IMG/VR virus record: IMGVR_UViG_3300010371_000030
Coordinates: 32,001-96,000 of that record
Length of the DNA: 64,000 nucleotides
From: a virus
Reading direction: 5' to 3' (one strand)
Shown in pieces: positions 27,811-36,763 of the stretch; the first letter of the stretch is position 1; the number at the start of each line of letters is the position of its first letter. The position numbers were made by a program, and so were the translations under genes. A model generated the notes under the pieces. That model was not told the DNA's origin, made no database searches, and saw nothing but the letters and a program-made list of their open reading frames with translations.

Positions 27811-28604
27811 CGGATGTAACTGACGTTGGCTGGCGCGGCCATCGCGATGGGCGAACGGTAAGCCTTCATCGTGAGGAGCACCTCTGGATTGTTCGTCCAC
27901 CCGGCCCATGCCGACGGCCGGACAGTCTTGGTGTTCCCACCGGCGAGCACATACTTGATGTAGTGCCCATCGGTCCCTTCCTCCTGGATGTTCCCGAGCA
28001 CCGGAGGAAGGGGCGGAGCGGGGCTGGCCGGATTCACGTACACCGGGGTGAGCAGTTTCTCCAGCGTCAGAAGCAGCATCGCACGCTTGATGGGCTCGGG
28101 CACAGAGCCGTCCGGCTCTGTGTAGCCGAAGGTGCCATTGACCACCTGGTTCTGACGCCCTTTGCGGAACAGCATCCGACCAATCTGCATCGGCGCGACA
28201 TAGATGTCCATGTCGCCGTGCCTATTGTCGAGCAGCTTGATCCGCGGGTTGTCCCGGTCTGCAGGGTTGTTGTACACTCGATAGTACATGCGATCCAGCG
28301 GGCATTCGCCCGGCACGTCCCACATCGAGTTGAGCCAGAGTTGGTCGACAGAGATGATCGCGACGGGCAGATGAAGCGCGTCGCTGTCAGTCCCATCGAA
28401 CACCATCTGAAGTCGCTGTGGATAGAACCACTGGCGAGTCGCGCGCTCGATGTACGCCTGCGCCAGGCGAATGGCGCCCACGATCTGTAGGTCGGTGACC
28501 GTGTCCGGAATGCCCACCGCCCGTACATCCGACACATCGATGTACGGGAGCGGCGGAAACGGCGCCGGAGCGGGCGGAGGGAACGGAGGCACGGACCCGC
28601 TCAT
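27807..28604 (-). CDS. Head-tail adaptor protein
   Basis: YIDVSDVR, AQAYIERATRQWF, FDGTDSDALHLP, GTFGY...VPEPIKRAML. Confidence 0.8.
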   Translation of the reverse strand: MSGSVPPFPPPAPAPFPPLPYIDVSDVRAVGIPDTVTDLQIVGAIRLAQAYIERATRQWFYPQRLQMVFDGTDSDALHLPVAIISVDQLWLNSMWDVPGECPLDRMYYRVYNNPADRDNPRIKLLDNRHGDMDIYVAPMQIGRMLFRKGRQNQVVNGTFGYTEPDGSVPEPIKRAMLLLTLEKLLTPVYVNPASPAPPLPPVLGNIQEEGTDGHYIKYVLAGGNTKTVRPSAWAGWTNNPEVLLTMKAYRSPIAMAAPANVSYIR

Positions 28605-28607
28605 GGC

Positions 28608-29078
28608 TCAGAGCACTCCGGACCAGAGCGCCTTGTTCACCGGCGCCCAACCATCGGCGCCCTGCCCCGGGATGGGCTCCGCGTGCTCCACGGGGCCGCC
28701 TTTGCCCTTGTACGTCTTGACGACCGTCTTGGGCTTGTAAGTGGTGACGCGCTGAACTTCGGACAGGTTGCTGAAGGTGAACACGCCCGTTTCGGCGTCG
28801 CGTTCGTACGTAGCGGCGCTGTACATGTACTTGCCGCGCTTGTCCTCGCTCTTGCTGTAGATGTTGACGCTGAGGACGACCACCGAGGAATACACGTCCA
28901 CCACGTACGCGTAATCCTGCTTGGGGTCCATCTTCAGCTGATCCATCACCCACTTGCGCGCGGCGTCGCTCATCGCCTGGGTGAAGTCCTGAACGGACTC
29001 CCCTGTCACGAGCGGGATGTTGGCCTTGTGGACCACCGTCTCGTGCGTTACCTGCTTCTGTTCACCTTGGTCGCTCAT
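28608..29078 (-). CDS. Hypothetical head-module protein ending PVNKALWSGVL
   Basis: Clean 156-aa ORF; C-terminus nearly identical to that of the scaffold. Confidence 0.75.
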   Translation of the reverse strand: MSDQGEQKQVTHETVVHKANIPLVTGESVQDFTQAMSDAARKWVMDQLKMDPKQDYAYVVDVYSSVVVLSVNIYSKSEDKRGKYMYSAATYERDAETGVFTFSNLSEVQRVTTYKPKTVVKTYKGKGGPVEHAEPIPGQGADGWAPVNKALWSGVL

Positions 29079-29151
29079 GGTCGCTTCCCTTCGCTTGTCG
29101 ATTGTCGCCTAAACAGTGGCGACGGACAAGCCGCGGAGCGCCGGGAGCGAG

Positions 29152-29490
29152 CTAGCGCGGGCGACCTACACGAGACATGGCGATGCGCATGGACGCGCAA
29201 TTCTTGTGAGACATGACTACCAACTTGACGCCATTGGCAACGATGGTCAATCGTTCGCCGCCGTTCTGCCCGACGTCAGGCGCTACACACTCCATCCGAA
29301 TAGACGGGTGATCGAAGCCAACGGGGCGAATGATGCTGGCTTGGTATCCGTGTGGTGACACCATCGTTACGGCCGTCAACGACAGCTGTACTTCAGAACG
29401 CGCGAGCTTTGGAAGCCACTCGCGCGCCTGATCCTCGCTGGCTAGGTCGACCGCTACGGTGCGGCCATCGTCGTGGTGGAGCTTGAACAT
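29152..29490 (-). CDS. Hypothetical protein
   Basis: 112-aa ORF fitting the operon. Confidence 0.55.
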   Translation of the reverse strand: MFKLHHDDGRTVAVDLASEDQAREWLPKLARSEVQLSLTAVTMVSPHGYQASIIRPVGFDHPSIRMECVAPDVGQNGGERLTIVANGVKLVVMSHKNCASMRIAMSRVGRPR

Positions 29491-29515
29491 CGCGCAACCG
29501 GATGCGCGCGGCGAG

Positions 29516-30073
29516 TCACTTCTTGTGGAACGGGTTGCCGTCCGACTTGGCCTCCGGCGCAGTCGGCGAAGCGGCGACCGGGGCAGGCGTCGAGACGGCC
29601 GGAGCGGGCTCGGGCTGCGCCGGAGGCGTGGCGGGAGCGACTGCGGTGGACTCGGGCTTGGCCGCGGCGGCCGGACCGCCGGACTGCGCCGGAGGCGTGG
29701 CGGGACGCACGATGTCGAGGATCACGACCTGCTTGGCCATGCCCGGCGCCTTCTGGAGCAGGTTCAGCTCGTCCTTGGTCACGGTGCGCGTGGAGTTGGG
29801 CTGAACGTGAAAGGCGCCAGTCCGCCCCTCCGCCCGCTTGATCTTCGCCGGCATCTCCACCTGGATCACCGGCGCCGTCGGGCGGAACTGGATGTGATAC
29901 AGCTGGTCGGGCGTGTGGTCCGCGGCCACGCGCGACACGCGCTCCATCACCGGCCTGTGACGACCGCCGCCGCCGCTCATCGTGTAGGTTCCACCACCGC
30001 TCTCCTGTACGACGTCGACACCATCGACGCACAGGACCGCACCCACCGCCACGCTGTTCACGTTCGCCGACAT
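29516..30073 (-). CDS. Hypothetical protein with Pro/Ala-rich tail
   Basis: GAGG RBS, strong codon bias. Confidence 0.65.
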   Translation of the reverse strand: MSANVNSVAVGAVLCVDGVDVVQESGGGTYTMSGGGGRHRPVMERVSRVAADHTPDQLYHIQFRPTAPVIQVEMPAKIKRAEGRTGAFHVQPNSTRTVTKDELNLLQKAPGMAKQVVILDIVRPATPPAQSGGPAAAAKPESTAVAPATPPAQPEPAPAVSTPAPVAASPTAPEAKSDGNPFHKK

Positions 30074-30079
30074 GGCCCC

Positions 30080-30613
30080 TCACTCCTCGGCCGGAGTCAC
30101 CGCCGCCATCATGGCGTCGATGATGGCCGTCTTGGTCATGCTGAGGTTGATCTTGACGCCCATGGCGGGCAACCCGTCCGCCTGGGCTCGCTGGATGAGT
30201 TGGCTCTTGTTGAGCACTTCCAGCTCCGCGCGAGCGTACGACGGCAGCGCCGTGGGCTCGCCCTCCGTGGTCTCCTCGGCCGGCTCCTCGCCCTCGGACG
30301 CCTCGGGCTCTCCCTCGGCCGGCTCCTCGGACTCGTCTGCTGCCTCGGTGCCACCCTCCTGCTCCTCGGAATCGGGCGCGGCTTCGTCGGCCTGCTCGAC
30401 AGGCTCGGGCGCCTTCGTGCTGGCAGCGCGCGCGTCGAGGGAGCCCGACAGGATCGTGATCTCCACGCACCCACAGGACATGTAATGCCTGATCTCGGCG
30501 GGGTTGGCGGAGATGATGGACGAGCCCTTGAGGAGGGTGCGCCCATTGCTGGTGAACGACTGCGGGCCCGTCTCCTTGATCTGGATACGGGCGCTGAGAG
30601 GTGCATGTGCCAT
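30080..30613 (-). CDS. Acidic post-capsid protein with C-terminal helix-extension-helix (Rho-N/LEM-like) motif
   Basis: Glu-rich linker, then ELEVLNKSQLIQRAQ...SMTKTAIIDAM. Confidence 0.6.
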   Translation of the reverse strand: MAHAPLSARIQIKETGPQSFTSNGRTLLKGSSIISANPAEIRHYMSCGCVEITILSGSLDARAASTKAPEPVEQADEAAPDSEEQEGGTEAADESEEPAEGEPEASEGEEPAEETTEGEPTALPSYARAELEVLNKSQLIQRAQADGLPAMGVKINLSMTKTAIIDAMMAAVTPAEE

Positions 30614-30630
30614 GGCTGATCTCCCGGGGC

Positions 30631-30677
30631 GCTCGGGCGACGCCCCGCCATTACGTCAGCGGGGCGCCGTCGCGAGC
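30631..30677 (-). terminator. GC-rich stem-loop after the major capsid gene
   Basis: CGCCCCGC/GCGGGGCG core stem with extended imperfect pairing; weak U-tract. Confidence 0.45.
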
Positions 30678-30685
30678 AGCGGAGG

Positions 30686-31891
30686 CTACAGGTTGAGACC
30701 GATGTTGTGCCCGTAGGCCACGGCGTCGACTTCCTCCAGCTGGACGTCGACCTTGGTGGTGATGGCGTACTGGTTCACGCCCTTGAAGATGTCGCGATCC
30801 TTCTCGATGCGGACGTCGCGACCGATGCCGATGATCATGTTGTCCTTGTGGGTCAGCATGATCGTCGGGTTGGACTGGTAGGTGACCTTGACGGTCGCCC
30901 CGCTGCTGATGCCGCCGCCGACGCGCGTGATGCCGCCGCCGCTGTAGTCCACCGTGTAGTCGGTGTTCTCCACGTACGGCGTGACGGGCGTGTTCCCGAG
31001 CGTCACGGGGGTGACGACCACGTTGGTCACGGGCCCGTGGAGGAGCGACGTCTTGGTGGTGCCGGTGAGGACGATGTGCTCCACGACGATGGGCTGGAGC
31101 GCCCAGAGCGGGACGGGCACCGCCTTGATCCCGAACGGGCCCTGGAGCTGATCGGGCGTCTGGGTGGCCGCGTCGTCACCGAGCTTGCCGATGCGCGTGG
31201 CCATCTTCTCCTGGAACATCTGCCACAGGTCCGGGCTGAGGAACCAGCGCAGGTCCTGGAGGCGCCGACGGAACTTGATCGGCAGAGCGCGCATGATCTT
31301 GCCGAACACGCTCAGACCGATGTTCTGCCCCTGGAGGTCCACGACGTGGCCGGTCATGCCCAGCTTCTGCCAACCGTCGACCAGCGCCACGAAGGTGTCC
31401 TTGATGTAGCGCGTGCTGTCGCCGCCGTCGATGAGGTCGGACTCCAGGCGAGCGGGACCGAGCTTGTTGCCGGTGATGTACTGCTCCTCCAGGTCGTTGC
31501 CCGTCTGGGTCGCCATGAGGCGCACGATGGTGTCTTCGACATCGCGCCCCTCGATGTTGATCTCCGCGAAGATGTCGCTGATCTCGAAAGGCGTCATGAC
31601 CTCGTGCGGCTGGAGGGTCACCTTGGAGGTGGTGACGCCGCGACGGCGGCGCGGATCGGTCGCCTCCGACTTGGCCATGGCCGCGCGCTTCCCGACGCCG
31701 ATCTTGTCGATCTCCAACGTCTCGTTGGTGAAGCGCACCACGCGAGCGTTGTTGCGAAGGATGGTGATGTCGATGACGTAATCGATGAACTTGTTCGACT
31801 GCGCCGGGTTGAGCTTGCCTGCCGTGGCCAGCGCGTCGGTGGTGACCACCGCCTTGTTGACCAACTCTTCGTTCGTGACGCCCGTGCTCAT
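30686..31891 (-). CDS. Major capsid protein (HK97 fold, PBSX XkdG/P2-like)
   Basis: GKLNPAQSNKFID, EIDKIGVG, EINIEG, NDLEEQYITG, NMIIGIGRDVRIEKDRDI, EEVDAV. Confidence 0.92.
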   Translation of the reverse strand: MSTGVTNEELVNKAVVTTDALATAGKLNPAQSNKFIDYVIDITILRNNARVVRFTNETLEIDKIGVGKRAAMAKSEATDPRRRRGVTTSKVTLQPHEVMTPFEISDIFAEINIEGRDVEDTIVRLMATQTGNDLEEQYITGNKLGPARLESDLIDGGDSTRYIKDTFVALVDGWQKLGMTGHVVDLQGQNIGLSVFGKIMRALPIKFRRRLQDLRWFLSPDLWQMFQEKMATRIGKLGDDAATQTPDQLQGPFGIKAVPVPLWALQPIVVEHIVLTGTTKTSLLHGPVTNVVVTPVTLGNTPVTPYVENTDYTVDYSGGGITRVGGGISSGATVKVTYQSNPTIMLTHKDNMIIGIGRDVRIEKDRDIFKGVNQYAITTKVDVQLEEVDAVAYGHNIGLNL

Positions 31892-31946
31892 GATCGGTCT
31901 CTCCTCTTGGTCTATCGTCCTGTGTCCGCTGCCCCTGGTCGCCTGG

Positions 31947-32906
31947 TTACAGGACGCCGTTCCAGAGGGACTTCTTCACCGGCGTGGCGCCGCCCTCGCC
32001 TCCGCCCTCGGAGTTGCCGGCGGGGCGCGCCTTCTTGACGTCGGCCACCTCGCCTTCGATCTTGGCGAAGCGCGGCTCCAGCCCCTTGGCGACCGCCGCG
32101 GCGATGTCCTCGACGGTGAGGCTCTTGGACACCTCCATGCCGCCCGGAGCCGGCTTGATCTCGCTGGGGGTCGACACCGAGGTGGCATTGGGCAAGTTCT
32201 TGCCCGGACCGCCCGCGATGGGGTGGTCGCTGTCCGGGGCGACGTCGCCCACCAGCTCGTCCAGGAGCCCCTTGAGCGCCTTGAGCTTGCCCACGCGCTC
32301 GGGCGTCATGTGCTTGGCCTTGACGATGAGCGCAGCGAGACCATCCATGGTGAGCGGCGCGTCGCCCTCGTCGCCCTTCTTGGTCTTGGCCTCTTTGGTG
32401 TCCTTGTTCTTGGCGCCGTCCACGTCGGTCGCCGCGCCGCCCGGCCCGGAGCCCGCGTTGGGCTTCTTGTTCGGCTTGGGCGCGGTCTCCTCGTCCGTCT
32501 CGTTGGGCGACACGAGCTTCATCGTGAGGTCCACGCCGGACTTCTTGGCCTTCTCCTCCATGTCCTTCATCTGCTCGTCGGACATGCCCGCGGCCTTGAG
32601 GAACGCCTTGAGCGTCGTGCCCTTGGACTTGTCGACGTTGACCGTGTCCGGAGGCGAGACGCCGGCCAGCGCCGCGACGTTGGCGACGATGGCGGTGACC
32701 TCCTTGAGGATGTCGACCGTTGCATCGCCACCGCCTGCCGCCTTGACCACGACCTTCTCCGTGCCCTGTTCCTGGGTGCCCATCTCTGCCTCCGTCTGGC
32801 CCTTGTCTTTGGTGACGAGCCATTCCTGTTCATTGGCTGGCTCGCCAACCAGGCTCACCTCGCCCACCGCGAGCTTCAAGAATCGCCTGGCTGCTTTCTC
32901 GCTCAT
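31947..32906 (-). CDS. Capsid scaffolding protein with N-terminal protease-like EVSLVGEPAN strand
   Basis: Low-complexity charged/coiled protein directly upstream of the capsid gene; possible internal start at 32783 with GGAGG. Confidence 0.75.
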   Translation of the reverse strand: MSEKAARRFLKLAVGEVSLVGEPANEQEWLVTKDKGQTEAEMGTQEQGTEKVVVKAAGGGDATVDILKEVTAIVANVAALAGVSPPDTVNVDKSKGTTLKAFLKAAGMSDEQMKDMEEKAKKSGVDLTMKLVSPNETDEETAPKPNKKPNAGSGPGGAATDVDGAKNKDTKEAKTKKGDEGDAPLTMDGLAALIVKAKHMTPERVGKLKALKGLLDELVGDVAPDSDHPIAGGPGKNLPNATSVSTPSEIKPAPGGMEVSKSLTVEDIAAAVAKGLEPRFAKIEGEVADVKKARPAGNSEGGGEGGATPVKKSLWNGVL

Positions 32907-33733
32907 AGAAGTTGCGTCCCGTTGGTGCCCGCGTTGGATGCATCGGCGGGCAGCTTCTTGACCGTCGCCTTACCACCGATGCTGAAGCCCTTGATCTTGC
33001 CAGCCTTGACCAGTTTCCACACCGCGGCGTCGAGCACCTTGACCGTCATGATCCAGGAGCCAGCCTTGATCTGTGTCGTTCCGATGGTCAGGTCCAGAGG
33101 TGCGATCCAACTCTCCACGAGCGCGAATCGCCCCTGCCAATTCTTGAAGTCCTTGTGCTGGAAGCCGAGTTTGGTGACGACGTTGTAGCCCGCCACGAAG
33201 GCATGGGCCGCCTCCTGGATGACATCCGCGTCATAGATGTCAGCTTGGGCGTCGGTTTTCTCCGGGGCGAGGACCAGCCCCGTGACCAGCTGTTTTTCGT
33301 CGTTGGACTTGATGATACTGACGTCCAGAACGACATCCACGCTCTTAGTTGTGGCAGCCTCGCTCTCCCGGATGGCGTTCTCCTGGTCGATGGCGCCTTG
33401 TTTGGAGTCGTGCTTGCCGAGCACGCGCGAACCGTCTTGGGTGTACAGCACCCACTTGTCGCCTTCGTGCTTGATGTGCTTGGTCACCGCGTCGGCGCCG
33501 TCGTCGGCCGGCTCGCCCCATGGCTCGTCGCACTTACACGTCCCCGCATCGGACTTGGCACAGTCGCACTTCTTGGTCGGCGGGTTGACCCCGGAGGCGC
33601 CCATGCCCTGCTTGGGCAGCAGCTTGCCAGCCTCGGCCAGCGAATCCGACGTGGCTCCACCGCCCTTCGTGATATCCACGATGCGTAGGAGTCCGCCGAC
33701 GATGTTCTGGTACAGGGTTTCCGCCGTCTCCAC
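32903..33733 (-). CDS. XkdF-like prohead serine protease
   Basis: EKQLVTGLVLAPEKTDAQAD, IQEAAHAF, GFQH, VESWIAP, GSWIM, WKLVKAGKIKGFSIGG. Confidence 0.9.
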   Translation of the reverse strand: METAETLYQNIVGGLLRIVDITKGGGATSDSLAEAGKLLPKQGMGASGVNPPTKKCDCAKSDAGTCKCDEPWGEPADDGADAVTKHIKHEGDKWVLYTQDGSRVLGKHDSKQGAIDQENAIRESEAATTKSVDVVLDVSIIKSNDEKQLVTGLVLAPEKTDAQADIYDADVIQEAAHAFVAGYNVVTKLGFQHKDFKNWQGRFALVESWIAPLDLTIGTTQIKAGSWIMTVKVLDAAVWKLVKAGKIKGFSIGGKATVKKLPADASNAGTNGTQLL

Positions 33734-33767
33734 GAGATGGAGGATACGGCGATGTGGTAGCAGACAC

Positions 33768-34847
33768 CTAGTCGTCGGCCAGATCTGCGTACGTCGTATC
33801 AGAGGCGATGTCCACGGTCGACCGGCAGCGGAAGTGGTACGGTGGAAGTGCCAACCCTTTGTCCGCCAACGCCTTGGACCCGCCCTTGGCCCGGATGGCG
33901 CTCATCTTCGCGCTTGATACCCACGGATGGGCGGCGCGTACTTCGTCGGGCGTCTTGGCCGCTCGGAGCGCCGCCATCTGATTCACACCATCCTGGACGG
34001 CGAACGTCGTGCCATTCATGTCCTCACAGAATGGCGTCGTGCGACTGTCCATTGGGTTGACAATCTCATACGTCGTCACCTTGATACGTGCGAACGATTC
34101 CAGCTGCCCCTGAACACGAGCGTTCGTAACAGAGTTGGCCGCCAACCCCTCAAAGTAATCCTCGTCTGTACCGCGCCAGCCACCGGGAGCGAAGACACCC
34201 TTGAGCTTCTGCTCCACGATGTCTTGAACCAGCTTACCGGCCGCCTGCCTTCCAAGTCCTTCCAGGAGGGCTTCGCCCACGCCTTCCTTGATGGCCGCGG
34301 CGACGTTCTCACCGTAATGCTCGCCAATCCAGAGCATCTCCTGATTCTGTAGAGCCTCGATGGCGCGCTTGTCTTGGAGATCAAACGACATCTCCAGATT
34401 GGCGTCCGGCAACGGCTTCTTGGCCGCTTTAGCCACCTTGGTCTCGGGCAGAACGTACTGGAGGGAGGCGGACGTCTTGCCCGTGGCCTTCTTGAATCCG
34501 GCGATGCGGGCAAGTCTGTACGTCTTGGCGAGCGACTGTACGTACACCTCCTGTACGTCGCGCGGCCACTTGTCCATCACGGCGTTCACCCGTGACGATG
34601 CTTGCGCCCGGGAGCCTCCGCCGATGATGACAGACTTCGCGGCCAGCGCGGCTTCCTTGGAACGGATTCGCCACTTGGCGAGCAGATACTCACGAAGGCG
34701 TTGTTCACCACGAGCGATTCGGGCCACCTCCGAGATGGCCAGCGCCTTGGCGACCAGCTCGTCTGATCGCTCCACATAGGCGTGTACGATGTCGATGTGC
34801 TTGGAACCGCACTCGCACACCAAACGTTCGCGCACATCCATGGTCAT
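33768..34847 (-). CDS. Minor head protein (Mu gpF / SPP1 gp7-like)
   Basis: DSRTTPFCEDMNG and PPYHFRCRS. Confidence 0.88.
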   Translation of the reverse strand: MTMDVRERLVCECGSKHIDIVHAYVERSDELVAKALAISEVARIARGEQRLREYLLAKWRIRSKEAALAAKSVIIGGGSRAQASSRVNAVMDKWPRDVQEVYVQSLAKTYRLARIAGFKKATGKTSASLQYVLPETKVAKAAKKPLPDANLEMSFDLQDKRAIEALQNQEMLWIGEHYGENVAAAIKEGVGEALLEGLGRQAAGKLVQDIVEQKLKGVFAPGGWRGTDEDYFEGLAANSVTNARVQGQLESFARIKVTTYEIVNPMDSRTTPFCEDMNGTTFAVQDGVNQMAALRAAKTPDEVRAAHPWVSSAKMSAIRAKGGSKALADKGLALPPYHFRCRSTVDIASDTTYADLADD

Positions 34848-36763
34848 GCCGCCTTGGCTTGCCTACGAAACAGATCTTCCACCACGCCCTGGAGCGTCAG
34901 AAGCTTCTTGGCAACAGACACGTTGTCTTCGTCGTCGCCGATGACCAACGACAGATCGTCGCCCAGAATCCCCAGCGCCTTCAGCGCGGTGACTTGTTGC
35001 CCAGGCTCTGAAGGATCAGCTTCGTTCTTGACCGCCTGTGCCATAGTGAGACTGAACGGAACATCGGCCGGGAAGGCATCCGGGAACGGCGGAAGGTCCT
35101 GCCCCAGAATCTCTTCCAGCGCCTGACGGGCGATACGGGGCGTCATGCCGCCGGTCTTCTCGGCGCCAGCCACGATCTTCACGAGCGCCATGTTGTCGGT
35201 CGTGTTGGGCGTGTTCGACTTGAACTGATGGAAGACCACGCCCATCTCCGGGAAGATGTCCCGGTTCATCATGTCGTCGATGAGCGCGCGCTCCGGCGAG
35301 AACACCTGCTCATCGCCCAGCGAGCGCGACGCCTGGATGGTCGCATAGCTGTAGTCCTGGCTCACGCCGATGAACGCCGGAGGGAGCCGGAACGCCCGGC
35401 GAACGCGCTCCGCGTTCTTTTCACGGTACGTGGTGAATAGCTCATCCGTGCGTTGCGTCTTGACCAGTTCTTTGGCGTCGATCTTCACCTGCCCACCGTC
35501 CACGCCGGTGTCCGTCTCGAATGGCTCGCCCTCCATGATGATGAACTTGGAGTAATTGTCGCTGCCCTGGATGTTCGAGTCGGTGAACGACATCAGGCGA
35601 TCGATGGTGCCCTGTGTCAGCACGCCGTTGGACACCATGATGAGCATCGACGGGATGTTGTTGTTCCTGAACGTGACGTAATTGATCTCCTCGGCCGCCC
35701 GGTCGCCAAAGATGGAGAGCAGGTTGCCGATGTATCGAGGGAGACCATACGGTGTACGGGCGCTGTACAACTTCAGATGGATGATCTCGGTGGCGGGCTT
35801 GCGCCCCGCCGGCAGCGGAGGGTACTTGTCGCCCTTCGGGTCCATGGTTCCATCGGGCCATTTGGCAAACTCGCCCGTCTCACGGTCCATGTTCCTCGGA
35901 TCCAGGTGCTCCTTGAACCACCTGATCCGGTATCCCATCGTCGTGAAGCGCAGGTTAGACGCGGGCCAGACGGCGCGCGTCTGCACGAACGGCCGAAAGC
36001 GCCGCCACTCCTTGCGCTTCTTTGCCACCACGCTGCCATCGAGCTGCAGCTCCAACACAGGACGGTCCACCAGCATCTCATCGAGGTCCAGAATGCCCAT
36101 CCTCATCTGATACGACGGGATGTGTACGAATCCGACGATGTTGCCATCAACGTCCCGCAGAACTTCGATGTAGGCGTTGCCCGTCGCTTCCAAGTCGCGC
36201 CGGACGCGGCGGCGAAACGCGGTGAATGACTCCCGCGTGGCGTACGTGAAGAAGTTGGTGAGCATGACGCGCTCGGCATCCGCCTGCTTGCCCAGGTCGC
36301 CCGCGCCTTCCGCGTTGCCTTTCGCGTCCATCTTCAGACGCGACACGTAGCGATGCCCCGTCGCTTCGCAGTTGACCTCCATCGCCTCGATACACTGTCC
36401 CAGCTCGGAGTTGTGCTCCACGAGCATAGTCAGCGTCAGCATGTCAAACGGAGGCTCGATGATCTTGCCGTTGAGAGCCAGTCCGCTCCAAGGATCTTCG
36501 GGCAGCACGTTGGACGGCTCCGGGGTGGCCGCCTTGGTGACGCTCGTCTCCTCCACCATCGAGCGCTCGGCATCGGAGCCCGCCCCGCCCGGCTTACGCT
36601 TGACGACATCGATGATCCGAACGCGCACTTGGCGCACCGCGTCCTGATTGGTCGCGTTGGCCCGAAGAGTTGGACCGCTCGTTTGACCCGGCACCTCCAG
36701 GTCAATCGTTTTGTCCTTGATGACCGTAGTCTCGCTGGCGCCCTTGCTCTTGTCGTCGCTCAT
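34844..36763 (-). CDS. Portal protein (PBSX family)
   Basis: IEPPFD, DLEATGNAYIEVLR, EIIHLK...YGLPRY, FRNNNIP, RAFRLPP. Confidence 0.93.
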   Translation of the reverse strand: MSDDKSKGASETTVIKDKTIDLEVPGQTSGPTLRANATNQDAVRQVRVRIIDVVKRKPGGAGSDAERSMVEETSVTKAATPEPSNVLPEDPWSGLALNGKIIEPPFDMLTLTMLVEHNSELGQCIEAMEVNCEATGHRYVSRLKMDAKGNAEGAGDLGKQADAERVMLTNFFTYATRESFTAFRRRVRRDLEATGNAYIEVLRDVDGNIVGFVHIPSYQMRMGILDLDEMLVDRPVLELQLDGSVVAKKRKEWRRFRPFVQTRAVWPASNLRFTTMGYRIRWFKEHLDPRNMDRETGEFAKWPDGTMDPKGDKYPPLPAGRKPATEIIHLKLYSARTPYGLPRYIGNLLSIFGDRAAEEINYVTFRNNNIPSMLIMVSNGVLTQGTIDRLMSFTDSNIQGSDNYSKFIIMEGEPFETDTGVDGGQVKIDAKELVKTQRTDELFTTYREKNAERVRRAFRLPPAFIGVSQDYSYATIQASRSLGDEQVFSPERALIDDMMNRDIFPEMGVVFHQFKSNTPNTTDNMALVKIVAGAEKTGGMTPRIARQALEEILGQDLPPFPDAFPADVPFSLTMAQAVKNEADPSEPGQQVTALKALGILGDDLSLVIGDDEDNVSVAKKLLTLQGVVEDLFRRQAKAA

